Positions 54,431 to 64,000 of a stretch of 64,000 nt of DNA are shown here, in pieces. This stretch comes from Prorocentrum cordatum. Lineage: Eukaryota. Under the pieces are notes generated by a model that ran no database searches, was not told the origin of the DNA, and was given only the letters and a program-made list of their open reading frames with translations. The translations under genes and the position numbers were made by a program. The stretch covers positions 1 through 64,000 of the forward strand of contig CAUYUJ010000158.1 in NCBI GenBank assembly GCA_963575745.1, written 5' to 3'. The first letter of the stretch is position 1, and each line of letters starts with the position of its first letter.

Positions 54431-57034
54431 GAGGGCGCTGGGTGCGAGCATTAGTACGCCGAAAGCGCCCTGAACAACAAGTCGCGCGCCAATCCTTCGC
54501 TGCTAACACGCTTCTAAGCCCGGCGAGAATCCCAACCAAACGCCAAGCAAAATCCCAGCCAAATTCCGGCCTTGCTTCAGCCGCCGCCCAGCCGCGGCCC
54601 AGCAGCCGCCCCGCCCCCCAACAAAAAACTGCCACCCACCGAAAAAAAATAACCAGCATAGTCCGAACCGCCCGAGCAAATCCGAGCCACGGGCCATCTG
54701 CCTACGGGCCTCAACGTGGCCTTCTAGTACCTCACAGGGAAAGACAACCGCCAGAAAAATGGGGCAGGCAAAACGGCACGGGTTCGAATTGCACTTCGGG
54801 GGTTCTTTTTCGTCTGTTGGCAATTTTGCAAAATTGGCTGAAAGAGCGCGCGGCGTCAATGGATTGGCAAAATCCTAGTCTAACTCAATCTTTGTACGAA
54901 GTGGTACACCAAAGAACTGAATTCGGACCTTTCCGGAGACTTCTTCTGTGATCCTTGTCGAGCAATCTCCGCGAATGAATTGCTTGACGTTTTCCTTGCA
55001 CACAATTTAACCGCGTTTGGGATGTTCCAATCAATCGTTCCGGAAGAAGGCATAAAACGTATTGCAATAACTTGCGCGAGTTGGAAGCTGCGAATGGGTT
55101 GAACCAAAAACTTCGATTGACCAAACCTTCTGGCAATTCTTTCAGTATAAGGACTTCGTTGCCATCACCAAAATTTACAACTTTGTCAATAATCATTCGC
55201 AAAACGGCTTTTTGTCTCGAACCTCACGAATTTCTGCAATTCATTCAACGGGATTTCCGTATACCTCTGGCACCAGCTGGAAAACACGCGAAGCATCGGC
55301 TTGACATTTCTCCTACTAGGGCACCTGAGTTTTAACTGAATATTGCAAATGTAGGCGTTCAAATTCTCTTTCAGAACGGATCAAAATGTGTCGCGCGGGG
55401 AAAAACTGGAACATCAAATTATCATGAAACATATCCATGGTCTCGCACCTTTTTCGAGACTGCAGAGACTGGGAACTCTGACGTATATCTTGCTTCTGGT
55501 TGATCCTGCCTACATGTGGTGAATAATTGTTTACGGAAGCGTTTTCAAAACATAGAATTGCGATGACAAACAACGACTATATACAATGCCGGATGGAACC
55601 CATAAACAACATCAGCATTTCAAGTGTTCTCGAAAACCATGACAGAATGGGGAAAAACTAGACTTGAAAGCACGCAACCAACGCAAACATTAAGTATCAC
55701 TATAAGAAATTGTCATACGACAAACTTTAGCGATAACGTGTTGACACATTGCAACAGTTTCGACAACACATTCTTTCTATCCTTTTTCCTTCTCGCTGCG
55801 TGAATTCTTCATGCTTTTCTGTTTCTGCATGTTGTTTTCCTCATTTTTCTCTTTTTTGTTTTCCGCCAGGTAATCGAACACTTCAGTGCTTGAACACAAC
55901 ATGTGTCTGTTGCCTTGGTATACTAATTCGACTCGTCAACATTTAAGATGGTGTAGTTTTCACTTCAAAGAAGCGCTAATAACGTAAGGGCACGACTTTC
56001 GGGACCCCCAGAACCCAGCATCCTCAATCTGACTCGCGGTTACAGAGAATTCTAAAACCATAAGGCGCCCAACACACTCCCAGAAGACTTCCAAACGACT
56101 GTCTTTAAAGGCGTCCGGAATCGCCAACAGAGCCCGAACACGCTCCAAGAGAACCTTTCTGTGTGCATACGGACGCGCACGCACACATCTCTCTCTCTAT
56201 ATATACCTTACTATCATAATGTGTGCTGTGAACCGTTGTCAATCAATCAGAAATAAAAACTTCTTGGATCTAGTATGCACTGGCATGTGCATACGTCATG
56301 TTCCAATGTGTCGAATTCTTTTCGCGCGGAACTGGATGTCAATATTATTATTATGATCATATATAACACATCAAACACTATACATACGTGTATGTGTATA
56401 TAGACACACATACATACCTCCAAAACGTATTTGTATCGTCCTGGCAAGTTTATGTGTACACGTACACACTCTCACATTGACAGTCACATTTTGATTCACA
56501 TGCGCACTTTCATTCGCATTCGCATTCACATTCACAATCGCAATTCTCAAGCATGTTCACGTTGACGTCCGCGTTCTCGTTCAATTTCACGTTCGCCTTC
56601 ACATTCACATGTACAATCGACTTCGCATTCGCATTCACGTTTACATTCGCATTCACATCCACATCCACATTCACATCCACCTCCACATACACATCCACAG
56701 GCGCATCCACATCCACATTCACATACGCATTCGCATTCGCATTCGCGTTCACATCCACATTTACATGCACATGCACATCCACATTCGCATTTACATTCGC
56801 TTTCAAATTTACTTTCGTATTCAAACTCACATCTACATTCGCGTTCGCATTCGCATTCGCATTCACATAAACATTCACATTCACATTCGCACTCGCATTC
56901 ACATTTATATTCACATGCACATTCGCGGGCACACTCACACACATACATGTATACATATAAGCATATACACAACTATACATACATCTAAACATGTCTTTAT
57001 TTACTTATACTCATTTATGTATACATACCTATAC

Positions 57035-57860
57035 ATACGGTGGTCTGCTGTTACACAGGTCCTGGATTGTTTCGCCATGGCCCCACACGTCTGCCTTCAT
57101 GTTTGTTTGGGCCAACTAAGTGAGCATAGTCTTGAACTGGCTGACCGAAGTCACCTTCTCGGGGAAACATCAATCACATATTGTTCGCTCGCATTATAAT
57201 GTGGCAACACATTTTTTCGCCATCCTCAGCTCTTTGGGCTAAGGCAATCTGGCGAATTCCTTCTCTCCTGTTACAGAAGCAATGTCGAAAAAGCGTATGT
57301 ACTTCCAACTAACTTTCCCTGACGTTTTTTCTTCAACGGGCTGCGAGGGGTCGGAATGTCCGGAATGGCCCGAGATTGTTGCAACAATGCCTCCGAAGCT
57401 CCAAGATGACCGCCAAGGCAGCTCAATGTAGCTTCGGACATGCTCCCCAAAAGCCCGGCGAAATTTACAATACGGTTCCATGTGCTGTCGAAACCCTTCA
57501 GGACACCCCGAGACGGCTAAACGCCTCCAAACACCTAAAGGGAATCCCAACCGTCCTTCTAGGCGTGAGTGGTGTAGAGCGTTGCTTCTTTCACATGTCC
57601 CCCCTTCGGGGAAGGGTTTACCACTCCCCCGACCCGTTCAGTCTGGAGGGCCGGGGGGCGCTACAGGTCGGAACGTCGAAAACGGAGTCGTCGAACAACT
57701 AGATCATCGATTTCACTACAGGTTTGGTACACTGACGACCCAAGAAGCCTCCGAGACGGGCACAAAACTGCTCCAAGGCAGTCCATGACAGTCTCCAACA
57801 CGGTTGAAATGGCCCAAGGTGGCCTGCAAAACGCCTCCACAACGTCAGAGATGCCAGCAA
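57035..57860. repeat. Diverged dispersed repeat; its 5' part also matches about 48035-48155
   Basis: GTTACACAGGTCC...GTTTCGCCATG...CTTCATGTTTGTT is shared with 48050-48110; the rest is shared with 53710-54430. Confidence 0.85.
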
Positions 57861-60800
57861 GACAATCCGAGATGGCTCAAGACGGCACCTGGATGGCTCA
57901 AGACGGCCCATGGATGGGCTCTAGGATGGCTGGGCGGCTGAGTGGCCCCGAGGATGTTCTCACGGATGGCCCAAGACGGCCAAAGAGGTTCCGATGAGGC
58001 TTCAAATGCGGCCCAGGAGGTCTTTAATAAGATCTTCAGGAAGACCCGAAAACGCAACCATGCTTGATTTTCCTTCGGACTTTGAAAGATTTTGGCGTTT
58101 GCTCAGTTCTGGCCGTCCGACGGCCCGAGCCAGCCCAAGAAGCTCTCAAGTTGGCCCGAAAAGCAACCAAGAGGCCCCTCGAAATGGCCCCAGGACGGCC
58201 TATGAGGGCCCCAAGATGGTTCAGGATTGCTTCCAATATGTCCGAACCCGCCCTAAGGTGGCCTCCCAATCGGTCCTAAGATGGCCCCAGGAAGGCCCGA
58301 GAGGACCCCAAGGTGTGGCCCAAGACGCCCCCACGACGGCCCCAAGATGCCCCCCCGGTGAGAAAGCCCCTTAAACGGCTAAGATGGCCCAGTGTGGCTT
58401 GGCCTCCAAGAGAGTCAAGACAGCTCTGCATGGCCTCCGACGCAGTCGAAAATGTCTTCCAAGACAGCCAAAATGGCCCGAGGACGACCCAAGGAGGCTC
58501 CAAGCTAGCGCCAGATGGCCCCCAAAGGCATCCAAGACTCCCCCAGGAGGCCCCCGAGGCCCCCAAGGGGCATTCTCCTCGTCCTTATCCTCGTCGTCGT
58601 CCTCCTCCTCCTCCTCCTAATCCTCCTCCACGTTATCCTTATCATCCTCCTGTCCTGCTCCTCCCCCATCGTCCTCACACAAATGTTCCCCCAAGGGCTT
58701 CCACAACGGCTGGGAGAACAACTGATCCAATACCTTGGCATACTTTTGCTTCAACATTTGGCTGCCTAAACGGTTCCAAAAGGAAGAAGAGTGGCGGTAA
58801 TTCGCCGCAACCGACTCTGATGAGGATGCCGTGACCGTGCAATGGCACATGCTATATCTAGGGTGGGAGCGTGGAGCGAATTCGCTGAGCGGGTACGAGC
58901 TCCATGTGCGCCATTTGTAAAATAAGCTGGCCTTGTGAATACGGCACCGTTTATGTCGGATCGAAGCATACGCGGGATATGCATACGGTTCGCTTGATAT
59001 ACGATTTGACCGGATCGTGCGAGATATGGTTGCGTGACTGGCGCGTCAACGAGTGTCCTGTGGCAGTGCCGCTGTGGCTCCGATGGGAATTGCGCTGTAC
59101 GAACATGTCGGGTGCGAACGCATAGCAACATACTCGCACTTGGGCCGTCGTGAACCCTCCGAAGCCGTCCCACGGCCCGCCCAAATGGCCCAGGTCGCTC
59201 GAAAGGCTCTCCTCCCAAAAGCCTTGGTTCCCAAATGGTGGGCGAAGGTCGCGATTCCAGAAGCATGGGTCCCGTCTTGAATCTATGAGCGGCAAATTCG
59301 TGTCGTGACGACTTCGGCATTGGTCTTTGACATCGCGTGGATGGTTCAACCCTGAGCGATTGGCAATTCGCGAAACGGCAAATCGTTTAACATCGGTTGA
59401 TCCGGGGCCACTGTCGGCATTGACCCTTGAATGCCCGCGGTGGGGTCGCCGCCGCGTCGCCACTCATCGAACCTGCCGTGTGTGTACACGTATGTCTGTA
59501 TGTCTGTATGTCTGTATGTCTGTATCTCTGTATGTCTGTATGTCTGTGTATGTCTGTATGTATGCATGCATGCATGCATGCATGTATGTATGTATGTATG
59601 TATGTATGTGTGCATGCATGTATGTATATATATATATATATATATATATCTATGCATGTATATATGCATGCATACTTGCATGCATGCCTGTCTGTCTGTC
59701 TGTCTGTCTGCCTGCCTACCTGTCTGTCTGTCTGCCTGCCTACCTGTCTGTCTGTCTGTCTGTATGAGTGTATGTATGTACGTATGTACGTATGTATGTA
59801 TGTATGCATGTATGCATGTATGCATGTATGCATGTATGCATGTATGCATGTATGCATGTATGCATGTATGCATGTATGCATGTATGTATGTATGTATGTA
59901 TGTATGTATGTATGTATGTATGTATGTATGTATTTCTTTATACATATAAAACTATATGTGTATATGTATACATCATATTACATATATATAGGTATTGCAC
60001 AGAGATTTTTGTAGGTACGTGTTCCCGATGCTGTGCTTGGACTCAAGCTTCCAAACTTGTGCTGCAAGGAACTGGCCCTGCATTGCCAAGTGGGCCGTCG
60101 GCGCGCGGACTGCGGCGGGCCCTGGGCGCGTGGGCTTCTGCGCATGCCGTGTCTGTCGCGGTTGGCCGCTCGCGTGGGCTCCCGTCTTTGCGCTTCTCTG
60201 CGCGGATCTCACGCCGTGTCTGTCGTGGTCGACCGCGGGCGCCCGTGGAAGACATCTGCGCGGAGTCCCGCGCGTGCGCACCTCTGCGCCTCTGCGTGGA
60301 CTCCTGCGGCCTGCGTGCGCAGCGTTGCATGGACTCTTGTGCCTCGTTGCGTGGCCTCCGGTGCGTGGGCTCGAACTCGCAAGTCCTGCTCCTATGCGTG
60401 GGTCCGTGTGCCCCTCCTGTGCGTGCACGTTGTTGCATGGACTCGCCTGCGTTGCTGCGTGGGCTCCTGTGAGTGGGGTCCTGCCCACCCTCTGACCACC
60501 ACCTCATCCTGCTCCTCTTCCTATGCGTGAGCTCTTCTGGCGTCGTGTGCATGCGCATTGTCTAGTGGCCTTCTATGTGTGGCCGCCTGGGCTCCTACGC
60601 GTGGAGTCCAATCCTTACTCGGATTACGTATGTAGCCCGACTCTGGCACCAAACGCCCTGATAGCGAGCCAACGCGGGACCTTCCAACCCACCCACCAAG
60701 AAACAATACAAATCCGTTGATTTCATTTCAGCGTAGACGTTTTGTCGTCGACGTTGCAACCTGTGCGGCAGGAGTGTGGCGCAACGCAAACAGCGCGATG

Positions 60801-61236
60801 TGGCGAGATGTCGCTATAGTTTCAACACCGGCCACCATTTTTCATGACAAAAGGGGTACGTTCTGGCGCGCCGCATGTGGTTCGCTTGCCCAATCAACGA
60901 AAAGTTGGCCACGGCCGTAGCGGCATGTTGATGTTCAATCAGGCCCCGAGTGCTTGAAGGGGCCCTGAGACACACAAATAAATACACACAAATGAAAGGA
61001 TTCACCATATTATCCTATATTTTCTAGGTTTTTGTCTTCCTCCCCACTTCCCATATTTTTCTATACTTCTGGGAATCGACGATCACTTGTGTCTGTGTGT
61101 TTTTTACCCTCCTGAGTGCTACCTGGACGCCCCCCCCTCGCCGAAATCGCTCGAGGCGCGGCCACGCGCGGGGGAGAGGCCCTTCTCTCTCGAGGTGGGG
61201 GCACGCGCGCGCGCGCGTCAGCCTCCATGCCCAATT

Positions 61237-61419
61237 TTAAGTCGGGCCTGTCCCCCTACAGGGGGATTTTCGACGAAAAGTAAAACATACACCAAAAATG
61301 CCCCAAAGATGTCAAAAAGTACTCAAAAAATAATCCCCAGACTATTTTTGGACAATTTTTGGGGTATTTTTTTTTTCGTTAGTCGAAAATCCCCCTGTAG
61401 GGGGACAGGCACGACTTAA
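61237..61419. mobile_element. 183-bp MITE with 38-bp TIRs and 8-bp TSD
   Basis: TIR TTAAGTCG(G/T)GCCTGTCCCCCTACAGGGGGATTTTCGAC at 61237-61274 and inverted at 61382-61419 (1 mismatch); GCCCAATT direct repeat at 61229-61236 and 61420-61427. Confidence 0.92.
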
Positions 61420-62320
61420 GCCCAATTGCACCGATGGCTATTCTGTTGCGGGTGGGCGGGTGGGAGCGAACGAGGCCCGTTTTGACTCGTTCGAGCTGGC
61501 CAGCTTGCCCCTGCTTTCCTGCGTGAGGTGGTGCGGCTTCCTGTGTATGCGCATTTTTCAGTTTTCCACTGTGCGCTGTGGCTTGCCCCAAGAGGCCCCC
61601 AAGAGGCCCCAAGAGGCGCCCGTGAGGCCCCCAATAGACCGCCAAGAGGCTCGGAAGAGGCTCCAAAACTGCCCCCGAGAGGCCCCCAAGAGCGCCCCGA
61701 AGAGACCAAAAGAAGCATCCCTGAAAACCCTGACCCACAACCCAGGCACGGTGGCGGATGGGACGAACACCAATCGATACTTATTATGTATTGGTGAGTG
61801 CTCCGGCTCCCGTCGCTTTCGGTCTGGCAGGAGCCCTAGACGGGAAATTCGCACATGGGGGCACTTCAACGGAGACAAACTGATGGGCACATGTCAAGGG
61901 GGATCATCAACAACAGTTACTCTTCAGGAGTGAGAACTGACGGAAAATCCGCACAACAGAACTCCAGTCCAACAACGCACCCAATGACAATGTAAGACCG
62001 TTCGCGCAAATCTGCATATTCAGCTGGCGCTTATGTATCCGTGCTGTGCATTTCGCGCGTGAACTCACCGAGTGCCGACGAGCGTTTACCGAAACGCAGT
62101 TCACGAAACCGTCAACTCTGAATGCCTCGAAGCCGTTACACCTCCTATTACAGAAACCTTAGCCATCAGGCCGATTGACACCTCAGACGCACAAATACGA
62201 ATGTCATGTTCAATCGCGCCAGACACGCGCGATACTGGCCATGAACGACACGTGCTGTCGCACATCCAACCCGCGCAGCCACGCGCACGCAGCGTGCGCA
62301 ATGCATTTGCCGATTGTCGC

Positions 62321-62416
62321 CTTCACGGCGGCCTCGTCCTCCAGCAGGCCCTGCAGCACCTCCGTGGTGAGCACGGCGCTCAAAGGCACGGGCGGCGCCC
62401 GCGGCGCGCTCTGTGC
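62321..62416 (-). CDS. RPN13: Rpn13 exon C (AQSAPRAPPVPLSAVLTTEVLQGLLEDEAAVK)
   Basis: 96 nt, CAG|G acceptor, AAG|GC donor; L..VLT.E....LL resembles the start of the Rpn13 C-terminal domain. Confidence 0.85.
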
Positions 62417-62791
62417 CTGGATGAGGGGGGGGAGAAGGGAAGGACTCGTGCGAAGACGACTACAGTTGGACTCGATTGGACAGGACACGCGAGAGGACAC
62501 AAGACCCTTCCGAGGGCCACATTGCCACAGGAATGTCGGAAGCATTGGTCGCGAGACACAGGACACAAGGGTACCCTTGATTTGGCAGGGTCGACTTACT
62601 AATCTGGGCCGACTGTAGCTTGTGGGTGCCAACCTCCCTTTGGTGGGACCATGCATTGGCTGCCCACCTGTGGCACGGTGGAACGGTAGAAAGCAGGCCC
62701 CACTGTGAGCTGGGGTGGAGTCCCCGATCGTGTCCTGACGATCGGAAAAGGACGGGAGGAGGAGCGGGGAGGTAAACGCCCGGGCTGGGGC

Positions 62792-62920
62792 CTGCAGGAA
62801 CTGCTGCAAGATGGCCTGCAACTCGGGGTTGGGCTCCGCGGGAGCGCCCGGGGAGCTGGCGGTGGCTGCCGCAACGGGCGCAGAGCCGCTGCCGCTGCTG
62901 CCCTTCTCTGGGATCTTGGC
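62792..62920 (-). CDS. RPN13: Rpn13 exon B, linker (AKIPEKGSSGSGSAPVAAATASSPGAPAEPNPELQAILQQFLQ)
   Basis: 129 nt, AG acceptor at 62922-62921, CAG|GC donor, phase 0, low-complexity linker ending in a LQAILQQ helix. Confidence 0.8.
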
Positions 62921-63177
62921 CTCGGCATCGTCGTCAAAGATGCCCTCCTCTTCCTCGTCGTCGTCCTCTTCTTTGGAAGGAGAGGCGGCGGAGGAAGGTA
63001 CTGATACTGTGCGATCTGGTCAGGGGCTCGGTGGGATGGCCAGGCTGTTCGCGCGACCGCACAATGCCCACTATGTTACCGACCTCAAGCGATTGTGCAA
63101 TCTGCGACCGCGCGGCCGTCGATCTTTCCAGTGGCCGAGATCATTGATCATGCAGCTGGGAAGTCCAAGATATTGAC

Positions 63178-63501
63178 CCCGACGGCATCGTTGAACTTCT
63201 TAATCAACGCCACGTCGCTGTTCTCATCTGGCTCCTGCATCCAGAAAATAAGTTTCTTATCGCTGGAGGTAAAGCGCAGGACGTAGACACGCCCGTCCTT
63301 GCACTTCTCGATCTTCTCAAAGTAGGCGTCGTTGATCACGATGAGATCAAGGGCCGTGTCGTTCTTCTCGCGGTTGGCCCATCGGAAATGCATCAATCCG
63401 TCCTCCTCGGTGGTGACGAGCGCAACCTTGCCTTTCGACTTTTCTGGCGTGACGAGGCGGCCGTCCCACTTGCACTGGCCCGCCCGGAACTCCACGTGCA
63501 C
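63178..63501 (-). CDS. RPN13: Rpn13 exon A, Pru (PH-like) ubiquitin-binding domain, 108 aa
   Basis: VEFRAG...VTPEKSKG...DGLMHFRW..R...DLIV...F.K...GRVYVLRF.S...FWMQEP matches the Rpn13 Pru signature. Acceptor ctacgcag|G at 63502-63503; donor GGG|GT at 63177-63176. Confidence 0.95.
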
Positions 63502-64000
63502 CTGCGTAGACCGAGCCCGCACCCGACTCCTCTGCGTGCGGATATGAGTTCCCGGCGTGGCCAATTGTTCGCACAGGCGAGAGAGTGGAACACGAGGGTT
63601 CGGCGGCCCTCTGGGGCGCCAGATCGGGCCGGTGCTCATGTGGAACGAGGTCCGCCCAAGTATGGACGTCCCCGTGGAAGGAACGATGTGCCACCTCCCT
63701 GCAAACAACCAACGTCTTCGTAGCTTTGTTCGAATCGACGCATCGCTGGAAATCAAACAAGGACTGGGCACCATCCCGAATCTCACCCCGCCCTAACTCT
63801 TGTGCAGTTTTCCCAATCATGGAGCACGTGCCGTTTCCCACGGCGAGAACCTCAGATGATCTTTCAACTCGGAAACTTCAAACATTCCAAACACTGCAAA
63901 GAGGCACCCCTGCGCTAATTGAGCCTCGACGCAGCCACTTCAAATAAACACAAGTTTGTGTGTGTTCAAACAACGAGTGACCGATATAGTAGAGACGAAG

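Noticed and set aside
63502..63786. N-terminal extension of the 212-aa Rpn13 ORF
   Set aside because: Lies upstream of a clear CAG|G acceptor with no Rpn13 similarity; likely intron

Overview
Eukaryotic genomic DNA, very probably from a dinoflagellate (inferred from GC-AG introns with AG|G junctions, dense trinucleotide microsatellites and degenerate TTTAGGG-like repeats). Most ORF-track entries are artefacts of simple repeats. Two structures stand out. (1) A minus-strand RPN13/ADRM1 proteasome ubiquitin-receptor gene that can be spliced by hand from six in-frame exons spread over 46.7 kb (63501 down to 16831; the first exon is outside the window or not identified), with two ~22 kb introns. 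(2) Inside one of those introns, an ~11.1 kb Merlin/IS1595-type DNA transposon (about 21730-32854). It has short imperfect terminal inverted motifs and two related 32-bp subterminal tandem arrays in inverted orientation. Its intron-containing transposase has a DDD triad and extra N-terminal domains (FGKH-motif domain, CCHC knuckle). It also carries a 3-kb array of 15 units, each with a near-invariant 37-nt TATA-like core. Also present are several MITEs (one with a perfect 8-bp TSD), dispersed repeat families, minisatellites, an interstitial telomere-like tract, a 100-N gap, and probable exons of a second, unidentified minus-strand gene in the first 14 kb.
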